Below are positions 40,215-53,904 of a DNA stretch of 64,000 nt, in pieces (within the stretch, counting starts at the first letter, position 1; every line of letters starts with the position of its first letter). The position numbers and the translations under genes were made by a program. Source of the DNA: Octopus sinensis (lineage: Eukaryota); contig NC_043021.1 of assembly GCF_006345805.1 (NCBI RefSeq), positions 2,976,001-3,040,000 on the forward strand. The letters run 5' to 3'. The notes under the pieces were generated by a model that was given only the letters and a program-made list of their open reading frames with translations, had not been told where the DNA came from and ran no database searches.

Positions 40215-40795
40215 ACCATCTATATCTATTCACATACCTTGGAACTAAAATCGCGAAGGTCTGTCCACAAGTTATGTCCATGTCCGTCCGAATCGGCAAA
40301 GCCTCTGGGCAGCTCTAAATAAATTATCAACGGTCTGGAAATCTAAACTTCCATTAAATTTGAAACGTAATTTCTTTCTGGCGGTTGTGCAGTCTTCTGT
40401 TTTTATGGATGCACGGAAAGAAAAATTGACGGAATTTCTACAAGAATGCTTTGAGCTGTTCTGTACATCTGCTGGAGACAGCATCCTACGGAAGAACTTC
40501 TTCTCTATGGTAATTTACCACGGAATGTCACATACGTCATCAGAGAAAGAGGAACAGGCGGCTTCGCTGGACTGGGGAAGCAATGGATGAGATCATCGGC
40601 GTTCTTCTCCGAGGAGCGAAGCATGGGGTACCCAAATGCTGGCGGACCCTCTTCGAGCCTACCTACCCTATATGCATCAACTGTGCGAGGAGTGCACCCG
40701 AGAAGACCTGCCACGTGCAATGCCGGACCGAACAGACGGGAGAGAGAGAACGAGTCATGACGACCTGTGCAATAAGCACGACCGAATGATCTATC
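40215..40795 (+). pseudogene. RTE/RTE-X LINE 3' fragment, frameshifted
   Basis: FTYLGTKI...RIGKA..LNKLSTVWKSKLPLNLKRNFFLAVV...RML.AVL..W...LYGNLP...IRER..FAG..DEII..LL..KHG...YMHQLCEECTREDLPRAM.DR.GRERVMT.CAISTT; microsatellite tail. Confidence 0.85.
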
Positions 40796-40968
40796 TATCT
40801 ATCCATCCGTTCGACAGTACTTGCTAACAATAATACCCCTTGCACCCGTAACCACATACCCATAAGAAATTTTCTTTTTAACCAATGAATTTCTCCTATA
40901 TATTTTTCGGAAGGACCTATCCCATTAGCAACCATGTTACCCTTAATATTGATTTCATTCTTGCAGAG

Positions 40969-41013
<45 letters not shown>

Positions 41014-41023
41014 TGTGTGTATG

Positions 41024-41055
<32 letters not shown>

Positions 41056-42326
41056 TTGTGTGTGTGTATATATATATATATTCATTCAGCACTAACGTTG
41101 TCAACATCCTAAGGCTGGAATACAAAGTCGCCCCTGGTAAGGCCTCGACTGATGACTTTAAGCCAAGTATCGCAAGACATTTTATTTACTCCAGTAACCT
41201 TCTACTGTCCCTGCCTATAATATAATCCCGGCAATCTTTCGGTATTTGTACATGACGTCATTCACAATTCACTCGCACAACCTTCCTTCCATGACAAATA
41301 AAAGAGCGATTAGGTCGAAAAAGAGGGTGAATGACGTCGTCTTCTCATGTCGACTTAACAGACTGATATCGAAAGATCGCCATAATCGTCTGTGTTCAGT
41401 TTCCCTGGAAAATGCTTATTTATCTTAAGGAAAATAACATTATTATTATTATTATGGTTGGCGAGTTGGCAGAATCGTTACAGCGCCGGGCAAAATGCTT
41501 AGCGCCATTTCATCTGTTTTTATGTTCTGAGTTCAAATTCCGCCGAGGTCGACTTTGTCTTTCATCCTTTCAGAGTCGATAAATTAAGTACCAGTTGCGT
41601 ACTGGGGTCGATCTACTCGACTGGACCCCTCCCCCCGATTTCAGGCCTTGTGCTCATAATAGAAAGAATTGTTATTATTACTAAGGAGGCCAGTTGGCAG
41701 ACTCGTTAGCGCGCCGGACAAAATGTTTCGCTTTTTACGTTCTGAGATCAAATCCTGTCAAGATCTGGGGTTCGATGTAATCACGTAACTTGTTCTGACC
41801 CCAAAAAAACCCTAACTTTTTTTCCTAAATGAGAAGCCATTGCTATTTGTTAGTTATAATGAACCCCGAATAATTTGGTTGGTTTCTGTCAACAACCACC
41901 GCCATGTGGATGGTAAAATTATGGTGAGGAGTCGGATAGCACAAGTGACAGTGTCCTGGGCACAAAAGCTTTGCTGTAATGTTTGTTAGGTCCTTTTGCA
42001 TTTGAGTTCAAATCATGCCGGGGTCAATTTTTCTTTTCATCTCATCAGTAGCAGAGTCGATGTGGTCGTAGCCTGGTGCCTCCTCTGTCACGCCCTATAT
42101 TAACCAGAAATTATTTATATTAAAAAAAAAAAATTACCAGCCGTGCCTTATAATTGTGTTGTTGCTTTAGTCTTTATTGGACAGTCACGAAAAGCGTTCC
42201 TCCGGTGACCATTTGTCGATCGAGGACTAATTTGTCAAATGTGTTGTTTTTTTAAAGAGTGATTCGAGAGAATTTTGCTGTTATTTCTAGCAGGCCGAGC
42301 GATCACAGAGAAGCATACTTTATACC

Positions 42327-42511
42327 TATTTCTTTATTACCCACATGGGGCTAAACACAGAGGGGACAAACAAGGACAGACATAGGTATTAAGTCGATTA
42401 CATCGACTCCAGTGCGTAACTGGTACTTAATTTTATCGACCCCCGAAAGGATGAAAGGTAAAGTCGACCTCGGCGGAATTTGAACTCACAACGTAACGCA
42501 GACGAAATACC
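42327..42511 (-). mobile_element. Headless family B SINE with 13-bp TSD
   Basis: CATACTTTATACC at 42314-42326 and 42512-42524; 5' end at GTATTTCGTC. Confidence 0.85.
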
Positions 42512-44214
42512 CATACTTTATACCCGTATAATGGGGATTACTCCTAGTTTTTTGTTTTGTTTATTAATTCTGATTGTATTTCAATCCCCTTCTGTCTCTT
42601 ATTCCTGACGTTTTTTCATTCAGTTATTTATTTTTTTCTTCCTTCTGCAAAAGTTTTGCACTTTAACCTCGGCAACCTCGGGGTCTCGTAAACACTTTGT
42701 GTCAAAAAAACACCGTTGACACAAGTTCTTTCCATGTATGGTAAACAGAACTTGCTTCTCTGTGCTTCTTCTTCTTCTTCCCCTCCTCCCCTTCGTGGAT
42801 TTTGACATATGCGGCGGAGCTGAGAAGTCTTGTTGCAGTGGAGGACTCGTATTTTACACATAATGTACATATAAGTTCAAAAGGTATCTAACATAATAAT
42901 ATGCCCACCTGTATGTAGGTCTATATGTGTGTGTATGTATGTTTATACGCATATCATCCGTAAAGTTCGTGTCAGTCCCTAAGCTATAAATGTCAAGCAA
43001 TTTCCTTTACACCTTCCCTTTTCACCTGACCTAATTATACATGTTAGAGTGTGTGTGTGTGTGTGTGCCTCTTTCTCTATGTATGTGCATTTTTTTTTTT
43101 TTTTTTGGCGTATTTCAGTGATTAGACTGCGGCTGTGCTGGGGCACCGCCTTGAAAGGTTTGGTTGAACAAATCGATCACAGTATTTTTTTTTTGATTTT
43201 GTAATCTTATTCTACTGATCTCTCTTTTTTTTTTTTTTTTTTTTTGGCCGAACCTCCAACGGAGACATTAAACACCGGTTGGTGAGGTATATAAACACTG
43301 CAACACATATACACACACACACGTGTGTGTGTCGGGCTGCTTTCAGCTTCTTTTAACCACATCTACTCACAGGGCTTTAGTGGAAGACGCTTGCCGCGCA
43401 GTGGGACCGAACCCCAAACCACGTGGTCTGGAAGCTAATTTCTAAGTACAGCCACACTTGCATCGGTGTGTGTGTGTGTGTATTTAGTGGTAACTAAGTC
43501 CACAACATATTTTTCGATTTCCTTTCCAGTTGTTGACATTCCACTCGGCTAATATCCCTTCCAATCACCCAAGAAAGGCATGAAGGCTTTACAGTCTCAT
43601 TTCTTCCACCCACCCCCACCTCGTGTCCCCCATCTACTCCACCGTCACCTCTTAAATCCGAAACCTCCGAGATGGTTCCTAGAAATAAAGGTTATTAGCA
43701 TGTACAAGTATAATAATGTGTGCCGTTGGATAACATGAGGTGTTTAATTTCCATTAAGGAAAGGAAACCGGGGTTCGATGTCAGCCAGTAAGTAGCTGGC
43801 TCGGTTCTTTTATTATTATTATTACTTTTTTGTTTTTCCTATTTTACTAGCAACCTGAATGTGTTAGGGTTGTCGACGTGTGAAATGGAGATTATAACCA
43901 CAGTAAGATAAATACTGTGCGCAGAGTCGATAACATGACTCAGCCTTCAATTGCTTGGCTAAAATTTTTTTTCTTCTTTCAAAGTGTCTGTTTACTGGGC
44001 ATATACATACACAGACAGCCTGTCTTCTTTTATAGTCAAAAGTACAGTACAGCGAGAGAGAGAGAGATAGAGAGACAGATAGACAGGCGACATTTAGTAT
44101 ATGTAATGTGTACAGATTTGTGTCTTGCACAATATGGTTCTCATTTGAACATAAAATTTACTGTTGTTTATAAGTGACAAATATATCACTAATAAAAAAC
44201 CAGGAAGTTTTGTC

Positions 44215-44690
<476 letters not shown>

Positions 44691-45301
44691 CACCAACACT
44701 TTTTATTAAAGCATATGACTCTACCTTCGGTATTCGAGTACTATTTTTCTCCCACCTTGTTTTATAGTATATCCGCATACATACATACATGTATAACAGA
44801 CACATTCACTCGCTAAAGTATGTGTGTGTGTGTATGTATAATATTCATACGTGTGAATGTTCATACCGTCAAGTTCTCGCTTCCCCTAAACTTCACCAAG
44901 TCATAACCAACACTCACGCACCTACACTCCACTCACTCGCCATGTACTAATTGTAAAACGTGTATATAAAAACATCGCCTCAGTATTTTTCTAATCTTTT
45001 GTCTCTCCCTCTTTATCCCGCCAACATTCTACATTCACCATGTACCTGTCTTATCTGCGCAGCCTGATAAATCCCTTAATTTTTTTTGTTTGTTTGTTCC
45101 CCCGAATTGACTCTGTGTGTGTGTGTGTTAGGCTATCTTGCCCCAATTTTTTTCCCCCCTGTGTTACTACTGTTTCTTAGCCAGAAATATAAACTATTCA
45201 ATGTATTCTCTGGTCCCATCAAACGTTGCAATTTAATCTCTTATGTCCGTCTCTCTGGACTTAATCTCTCTATTGATGTCTTCATATTTTTATTTGAAGA
45301 G

Positions 45302-45365
<64 letters not shown>

Positions 45366-45447
45366 ATATAATATATATATATTATATATATATATATATA
45401 TATACATATATTATATTATATACATATATATACATATATATAATATA

Positions 45448-45770
45448 TACTAAGTAATTAAGGGTTAGCAACGATTTGCCTCACCACACACCGAATTTAG
45501 AAATAGCAGTCAAAGAGTTTTGGCTATTCTTTCTACTTAAAAGGGAGCTGGGATCTCCCTTTTAAGTAGAAAGAATAGCCAAAACTCTTTGACTGCTATT
45601 TCTAAATTCGGTGTGTGGTGAGGCAAATCGTTGCTAAACCCCTTAATTACTTAGTATTACTTAAACCTTCCTTGAATGGGGCTTTTACATGCCGAACTCT
45701 ACTTGGTGAAATTAATGATTATTTCTAAATTAATTAATTTCACCCTTTATTATTGATAAATATATATATT
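45448..45770. mobile_element. Fold-back element: ~100-bp near-perfect hairpin (45448-45656) plus a 3' extension
   Basis: Arms closed by AAGGGAG-ctgggat-CTCCCTT; right arm plus extension equals 39380-39590. Confidence 0.85.
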
Positions 45771-46276
45771 TATGTATTTTATGATTTGCATATTTTTTGT
45801 ATGGCCTTATTTTTTTTTGTCTTGTCCTCCCCCTAATATTTCCCCAGTCTCCGTACTTCGTTTCTTTCTACCCCTCATTTCTCTCTGTCTGTCTCTCTCG
45901 TGCTTGCGCGTGTGTATATTTATTATGCGTGTCTCTAGTTTTATCTCATTAAAAAAAAGATATTTGTTTCAATGTTTAATTACTTATTGTTTTTGTTTTC
46001 TTTCTCCTAAATCCCTTCCCCTCCCCCCGGACATCATCGTTTCTACAGTTAAAGGTATTCATTCCACTGAGGTCTTTGCAAAACAGGATGATAAAAATAA
46101 AAACATAATAATAATAATAATAATAAAATTAGTACCTTCACTACTATTACTATAGTAGTACGAAAGTAAAAGTATCGTCTATCAGTAACGAGACAGCCAT
46201 CAGAACTCTAATGTTTTTAATTACCTTCTTGAAAAACCAGAGCATAATTAAAACAAAGAATAATAAATGGAGCAAT

Positions 46277-46831
46277 ATGGCTGTGTGGTAAGTAGCTTGC
46301 TAACCAACCACGTAGTTCCGGGTTCAGTCCCACTGCGTGGCATCTTGGGCAAGTGTCTTCTGCTATAGCCCCGGGGCCGACCAATGCCTTGTGAGCGGAT
46401 TTGGTAGACGGAAACTGAAAGAAGCCCATCATATATATATATATATATATATATAGGCGCAGGAGTGGCTGTGTGGTAAGTAGCTTGCTTACCAACTACA
46501 TGGTTCCAGGTTCAGTCCCACTGCGTGGCATCTTGCTATAGCCCCCAGGCCGACCAATGCCTTGTGAGTGGATTTGGTAGACGGAAACTGAAAGAAGCCT
46601 GTCGTATATATATATATATATATATGTGTTTGTGTGTCTGTGTTTGTCCCCCTAGCATTGCTTGACAACCGATGCTGGTGTGTTTACGTCCCCGTCACTT
46701 AGCGGTTCGGCAAAATAGACCGATAGAATAAGTACTGGGCTTACAAAGAATAAGTCCCGGGGTCGATTTGCTCGACTAAAGGCGGTGCTCCAGCATGGCC
46801 GCAGTCAAATGACTGAAACAAGTAAAAGAGA
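46277..46831 (+). mobile_element. Family A SINE with duplicated 5' half
   Basis: Heads at ~46277 and ~46455, single 3' half. Confidence 0.85.
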
Positions 46832-48601
46832 GTATGGTGATTTGTTTTGTCTTGGGTATTTTTCTGGCTTACCTCAATATTATCTATATTCCACCGGGCT
46901 TTCCTCATTATCTAGTTTCTTTCAGAGAGTATAGTCCTCTCCATCAGAGCAACACGAAAATCCGCACTGAGGTAGGTTTACGTTGGTTTGTGGCAGAAGT
47001 CTCATCCAGGCTGAATTCCTCCTTTCTTTAGATTTGTTCCCTTAATATATATATTTGTACGTGTCTTCACAGTTTTACACACACAATAAGATACCCATGT
47101 ATTTTTCATTATATTCGCTATATATAACACTTTATGCATCTTGTTGGTTTCTGGGTGTTATTGTAGTTTGTTTTACTCAGGGTCACCCCTGAACCAGGAG
47201 ATCTTTAATGGACAATGTCTTGGCTATAACCTAAATTTCCAAATATGGTATAAAGGCACCAGCAAGGCTGTGTGGGCCACTGTCATGGTTTTGGGTTGAG
47301 TCCCACTGCATGGCACCTTGGACTATGGGCTAACCAACGCCTTGTGAGTGGATTTGGTTGACAGAAACAGAAAGAAGCCCTATGTGTGTGTGTGTGTTTT
47401 TGGCTCCTTGTCTTCACGTGTAATAGTTGTTAATGAACATCACCTTACAGGTGATGTCATTTGTTTCCAATCATCTATGAAAATATGCTTGACTGTGAGG
47501 CAGTACCACTTTGCTTGGAAATGGGAAAGGGTTGACTGCAAGGTGGGCACCTGACTGTAGAAAACCTGCCTGAGCAAAGCATGTCTGACCCATGCAAGTA
47601 TGGAAAGGTGGACATTAAAAGGATCATGCACACACAAACTGGCTTCTCTCAGTTTCCACCTATCAGATCCACTCACAAGGTTTTGGTTGGCCCAGGGCTA
47701 TAGTAGAAGACACTTGGCCAAGGTGCCACACAGTGGGACTGAATCCGGAACCTTGTGGTTGGGAAGCAAACTTGCCTACCCAGTAATATTGGCTTCTAAC
47801 AGGTTTCTTTATTTCTATTGAGTTAACTTTTGTCTGGCACTCTTTCAGGATAAGCTTGGCAATGAAATATGGCACCAATCAAATACTGGAATTGGCTTCA
47901 TTAAGCTTTACTCTGTCCTAAAAAATTTTTGACATTCCATTATTAGAAATCCATTTGTTCATTTCTTTAACATCTGTTTTTTCATGCAAGCATGGGTTAG
48001 ATGCATGTTCTGTTTTCATATAGGGGACTTTTTTTATGTTCCAGAGGCCTTCGAAAGCTGCAGAGCAACTGGTCATAGTATCAATTATGAACATCATTAC
48101 TACCTGTTTGCTCAAGTCATGTCCACACACACACATATATGTGGCCTTGAGTTCAGTTCCACTATGTACCTTCAGCAAATGACTTCTACTGCAGCCCTGA
48201 GTTGACCCAAGGCCTTGTAGGTGGACTTGTTAGACAGAAACTGAAAGGAGCCCATTGAGTGGGCTCTGAAAATGGCCACACAAGAATTTTAATAAAAGGA
48301 AATAGAACGATCAAGCTTTATTCCAAATCACTACAATTGTTTCAGCACATTAGTATCAGCTGGGAATTGCTGATTAGGGTGAGTAGGGTCCAGTGCTCTT
48401 GTTGGATCATCTTAATGCAATAGTGAGTATTATGTGTAATATTCAACTGATACTGACTGGTGTGCTTAAACAGTTGTAGTGATTTGGAATAAAGCCTGTC
48501 CATTCCATCTTCCAGTAAAAGAAGTTCTCTTGTATGATAGCAATTTGGTAGCTGATACCTGCAGAGGAGCTTTGGAAAGCATGCTATAATAATATATGAT
48601 A

Positions 48602-48634
<33 letters not shown>

Positions 48635-49247
48635 ATGTTTGTGTGTACCTGTGTCTGGCCATGGGGAAGTATTATCTTCCTTGAAGGTTGACATCACAAT
48701 TGGTTTCCAGCCATAGAAAGTCTTCCTCAACAAATTCTGCTTTACCTGTGAAGCATGGAAAAGTGGATGTTAAATGAAAAATTTTACATTAGCTTTTTTC
48801 AACATGTGCACAGCCCTGAGAATAATATGTTGTTTAATTTGATGGATTTGCATATTCAGTTTAAACTCTGACAGTCAACTTCCACCTTTTATTTATCTGG
48901 TCTTGTGTCAATCAGCTGTACCCCACCTCTTTTCACAAGTTTACAACTTTGTGTTGTTGCTGTTGTGAGAATGTATTCTTGATAATAACAATAAGGATTT
49001 CAGCAAAAGGCCAAACTGAACTCTGAAAATGTGAAAGGGTGTTAGTAAATACCACAAGACATTTAATCCGGCTCTGCTACTCCACCATCATGGAAATTAC
49101 TTTGTGAGTTAGCAGAAAGGACGTAGCCAAGGACTTGATTGTTTCTTCAGTGTACGAAGTAAAATAATTTCCATTGTCAACTTTTTGTGTGGCTGAGATC
49201 AACAAAATTTCAAGTTAAGCTCTGGGAGAAGTTTATTTTTCTTAACT

Positions 49248-49614
49248 ACTAGCACTATGACCCGGCAACGTCAGGTCATAGTGCTAGTGCTTGCATACAC
49301 AGCTGCGTGCGTGCACACATACACGCGAGTACTGTCCAAATCTCCGACCAATCACATACAACTAGCTGGCATTCAATTGGCGTATCAAGTTTCGGGCATT
49401 TTGATTGGGTTTTGGATAGAAAATTCACAAAAAAGTCACTTCTATTGATTTTTTTAATGGCTTTGCGGGGTGACTGGGGAAATGTAAAGATGTGCACGAC
49501 CACCCTTGGACGGTTTTGAATGACCATAGAAAGTGCGAGCCCTCTAACTGAAAAATTGTGGATTTGTATAAAGGACACACGCGCAGACATTTTGCCGTTT
49601 ATATATAGAAAGAT
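49248..49614 (+). mobile_element. Non-autonomous Helitron-like (Lep1/DINE-1-like) element
   Basis: Starts with the hairpin ACTAGCACTATGACC...GGTCATAGTGCTAGT and ends TTTATATATAGAAAGAT; CpG-rich against depleted flanks; no TSD. Family assignment is by architecture only. Confidence 0.55.
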
Positions 49615-49940
49615 AACCCTTTGTGGCTTTGTTGTAAAAATGTTTATTATTTGTGTGACTTGTGGGAATTCCACAGTGTACGTCAGCAGATCTATTTTTA
49701 CATCTGCTGATGTATGTGTCTTATAATACCAATAAACATTTAATCTGGCCATATCCAGCCCAAGTATTTTACCTGTTTTATGTTAAAACTGACCAGATCC
49801 GACCTCTGACACCTACCCTGCAATGTCATTCTAAAAATATATACAAACACTCTATTGAAATCTTGGAGCTACAAGAAAATACATGATTAATTCAAAACAA
49901 TCTGAATAAATTAGCATCTCATTTGACAGAGTAGTCTTAA

Positions 49941-50161
49941 CCCTTTAGTGTTCGCATTATTCTGCCAAAGTTAATGCCTTTTCATCCACACTGTTTTGAA
50001 CTAATCCTGCATTATCTTGTAGCTATGAGATTTTGATGAGGTAGCTGTTAATCTTTAAAAGGATATTGTAGGGTTGGTGTGAGAGACCAGATCTGGCCAG
50101 TTTGAACATAAAACAGGCAGAATACTTTTGGCTGGATATGGCTGGTTTAAATGCTAAAGGG
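49941..50161. mobile_element. piggyBac-like MITE (CCCTTTAG...CTAAAGGG, TTAA on both sides)
   Basis: TTAA at 49937-49940 and 50162-50165; relatives at 51172-51392, 57638-58202 and a partial at 49738-49830. Confidence 0.8.
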
Positions 50162-50635
50162 TTAATGCTAAAGGATTAGACCTAATAACAAATAACAAAA
50201 AAAATGTCAGTGTCCCAGCATGGCCACAGTTATGTGTTAATTTCACTTTAATTTAAGTCCCTGTCAATATATCTTTTAATGCATACATTTAGTGATCTTC
50301 ATGACATTGATTCATTGAATCGAATTGAACAAGTTTCAGCTCACGAGCTGCGACCATGCTGGGGCACTGATATTATGTTAAACATTTTAACTGCCTGTGA
50401 TTTGAACACACAAATGCCAGAATCACAATGGCCTTCTCACTCTCTCTCTTTTTCTCTTTGTCACTGTTTCCACTATTCATTTCTCTGTCTCTCCTTTTCT
50501 TCCTTCTCTTACCTTCCTTAGCATAAGCATAACACAGACAAAATTAGACAAACTGCATGAACACAGGATATTATTACCCTTTTGATTGACAGAATTGTTA
50601 GTGTCAGACAAAATACCTTGTGGTATTTGTTACAT

Positions 50636-51052
50636 AAGGCAGCGAGCTGGCAGAAACGTTAGCATGCCGGGCAAAATACTTTGCGGTATTTCGTCTGCCG
50701 TTACATTCCGAGTTCAAATTCCGTCAAGGTCAACTTTGCCTTTCATCCTTTCGGGGTCGATTAAATAAATACCAGTTACGCACTGGAGTCGATGTAACAG
50801 ACTTAATCCGTTTGTCTGTCCTTGTTTGTCCTCTCTGTGTTTAGCCCCTTGTGGGTAATAAAGAAATAGATATTTCGTTTGCCGTTACGTTCTCAGTTCA
50901 AATTCCATCGAGGTCAACTTTGCCTTTCATCCTTTCGGGGTCGATAAATTAAGTACCAGTTATGCACTGGAGTCGATGTAATCGACTTGATCCGTTTGTC
51001 TGTCCTTGTTCGTCCTCTCTGTGTTTAACCCCTTGTGGGTAGTAAAGAAATA
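50636..51052 (+). mobile_element. Family B SINE, one head plus two tandem bodies
   Basis: 14-bp TSD GGTATTTGTTACAT at 50622-50635 and 51053-51066. Confidence 0.9.
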
Positions 51053-51171
51053 GGTATTTGTTACATTTAAATTGTGCCATTGTCAACTCTGCTTTTCATC
51101 CCTCCAGGGGTTATAAACTAAAGTACCAGTAGCGTTCTGAGATCCAAGGTTTTGACTAACACTCTCCTTAA

Positions 51172-51392
51172 TACTTTAGTGTTCAGATTATTCTGTCAAA
51201 TGTAATGCTTATTTCTTCACATTGTTTTCAATTAATCATGCATCATCTCATTACTTTGAGATTTCAATGATGTGATTAATTTCATTTTGAATGACATTGT
51301 TAGGTAAGTGTGAGAGGCCAGATCGGGCAAGTTTGAACGTAAAACAGGTTGAAAATTTGGGGCTGGATCTGGCCAGTTTAAATACTTAAGGG
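51172..51392. mobile_element. piggyBac-like MITE, decayed
   Basis: TTAA flanks; body matches 49941-50161. Confidence 0.75.
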
Positions 51393-51429
51393 TTAAAATT
51401 GCAGTCTTTGTCTAAAATAGAAACTGTTC

Positions 51430-52030
51430 CTCTCTACATTCTCAGTTCAAATGCTACTGAGGTCAACTTTCCAGGATTTACAAAATAAAGCACCGTTGAA
51501 ATACTGGGAGTCAGTGTCATCGAATTACCCCTTCCCTCAAAATTGCTGGCCTTGTGCCAAAATTCGAAACCATTAAAAGGCAGCAAGCTGGCAGAATTAT
51601 TACTACACCAGACAAACTGCTTAGTGGCATTTCTTCTGGCATTTTAAGTTCAAATTCTGTTGAGACTGACTTTGTCATTCGTCTTTTTAGGGGTTAATAA
51701 AATAAGTACCAGTTGAGCACTGGAGTTGATCCACTTGCCCAGACCCCCCCCCCCAAAAAAAAAAATTGCTGGCCTTGTGCCAAACTTTGAAACCATTGTT
51801 ATGATTATTATTCAAGGTGGCAAGCTGGCAAAATCATTTGCATGCTGGGCAAAATGCTTAGCAACAGTTCATTTGGTCTTATGTTGTGAGTTCAAATTCT
51901 GCTGAGGTCAACTTTGCCTTTCCTTCTTTTGGGGTCGATGAAATAAGTATCAGTTCGGTACTGGGGTCGATGTGATCAACTTGTCCCCTCCCCCGAACTT
52001 CCTAGCCTTGTGCCAAAATTTGAAACCATT
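51430..52030 (+). mobile_element. Three old, diverged family B-related SINEs in tandem
   Basis: Repeated GAGTTCAAAT..GAGGTCAACTTT..AATAAGTACC..GGCCTTGTGCCAAA. Confidence 0.7.
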
Positions 52031-52189
52031 ATTATTATTATTACTATTACCAAAGTACTAAATGTATTCTTTTCTTTCCCAAGTTCAATTCACACCGGGG
52101 CAGGCTTTGCTTATTACTTTGCAGAGTTAACACTGTAAGTGCTGCTCTTACTCAATAACAACCACCTTCTACAGTTATATGGCCTTGTG

Positions 52190-52593
52190 TGGAGGCGCAA
52201 TGGCCCAGTGGTTAGGGCAGCGGACTCGCGGTCGTAGGATCACGGTTTCGATTCCCAGACCGGGCGTTGTGAGTGTTTATTGAGCGAAAACACCTAAAGC
52301 TCCACGAGGCTCCAGCAGGGGATGGTGGTGATCCTTACTGTACTCTTTCACCACAACTTTCTCTCACTCTTACTTCCTGTTTCTGTTGTACCTGTATTTC
52401 AAAGGGCCGGCCTTGTCACTCTCTGTATCACGCTGAATATCCCCCGAGAACTACGTTAAGGGTACACGTGTCTGTGGAGTGCTCAGCCACTTACACGTTA
52501 ATTTCACGAGCAGGCTGTTCCGTTGATTCGGATCAACCGGAATCCTCGTCGTCGTAACCGACGGAGTGCTTCCATCCATCCATCCATCCATCC
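52190..52593 (+). mobile_element. tRNA-derived SINE family E with TSD
   Basis: A-box TGGCCCAGTGG, B-box-like GGTTTCGATTCC, (CCAT)n tail; TSD ATGGCCTTGTG at 52179-52189 and 52594-52604; second copy at 61273-61654. Confidence 0.9.
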
Positions 52594-53175
52594 ATGGCCT
52601 TGTGCCAATCCAAGAATTTATTATCATTTGCAAATATCTCCTGCCTTCTCTGCTTTAAAATACCACCGTCGTCTTAAATACAGTTCCCATTAATTCAGCT
52701 GTTGAGGTTCATTATTACTTGCTATTGTTTTCAGTCTCCACGTTAGAAACCAACTTGTCAGTTGTCGTTTGTTATTCATTATATGATAACTGGTTATCTA
52801 TTTTTTAATTATTTATTTATCTCCTTCGTTATTTCAATCATTTCTTTACTAATCTATCCTTAATTAACAACACTGTCAGATAGAAAAGTTTGTCATTGCT
52901 ATGTATCTTGCATTTCTAATGAAACCCATACAAATGTGATATATATACACACACACACACAAAATCATTTATCATTCATTATCCCCGTCATTTTTTCACA
53001 TCCATTTTCTATGTTTGAGTTGGACCATACCTGTCTGTCTGTCACTATTTGTCTATCTGTCTTGTCTGTCTGTCTGTCCATCCATCCATCACGACATACA
53101 GACAGCTAGCTAGCTAGACAGGTAGGTGGATAGACATACAGTCATACATACAGATAGATAGATATATCTAGGTTG

Positions 53176-53406
53176 TAAGGCGGCGAGCTGGCAGAAACGT
53201 TAGCGCGCCCGACGAAATGCTTAGCCATATTTCGTCTGCCGTTACGTTCTGAGTTCAAATTCCGCCGAGGTCGACTTTGCCGTTCATCCTTTCGGGGTCG
53301 ATAAATTAAGTACCAGTTCCGCACTGGGGTCGATGTAATCAACTTAATTCGTTTGTCTGTCCTTGTTTGTCCCCTCTATGTTTAGCCCCTTGTGGGTAGT
53401 AAAGAA
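53176..53406 (+). mobile_element. Family B SINE, full length with 17-bp TSD
   Basis: ATAGATATATCTAGGTT at 53158-53174 and 53407-53423. Confidence 0.9.
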
Positions 53407-53432
53407 ATAGATATATCTAGGTTCAGGTATGG

Positions 53433-53904
53433 TTTGAATACCCTCTACATTTACACTTCAACCCCACCCCAACTTTTCAACTGCCCATTTCTGACCCTTT
53501 CTGCTTGCATTTCTTACTCCCTCATTTCCACCACCTTGGTCTAAATGCTTTAATCCACTCACAAGGCTTTGGTTGGCCCGATGCTATAGCAGAAGACACT
53601 TGTCCAAGGTGCCATGCAGTGGGACTGAACCCGAAACCACGTGGTTGGTAAGCAAGCTACTTACCACACAGCCAATCCTGCACCTTACCAACCACATGGT
53701 TTTGGGTTCAGTCCCACTGCATGGCACCTTGGGCAAGTGTCTTCTACCATAACCTCGGGCCAACCAAAGCTTTGTGAGTGGATTAAAGCATTTAGTCCAA
53801 GGCGGTGGAAATGAGGGAGTAAGAAATGCAAGCAGAAAGGGTCAGAAATAGGCAGTTGAAAAGTGGGGGTGGGGGTTGAAGTGTAAGTGTAGAGGGTATT
53901 CAAA
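53433..53904. repeat. ~220-bp-arm inverted duplication of unique sequence plus a family A SINE head
   Basis: 53433-53652 is the imperfect reverse complement of 53684-53904. Confidence 0.85.

Noticed and set aside
41680-43450. Oddly deleted SINE copies as new subfamilies
   Set aside because: Many small deletions with CpGs retained suggest unpolished sequence rather than biology; fine detail from ~36 to 46 kb needs read support.
48310-48500. Inverted GCTTTATTCCAAATCACTACAA pair and the 106-aa ORF across it
   Set aside because: Short IR with an unrecognisable ORF starting in a microsatellite; too little to classify.
52190-52265. tRNA genes at SINE heads (also 61273, 24383, 53176)
   Set aside because: A and B boxes are present but there is no full cloverleaf; heads continue into SINE bodies with TSDs.
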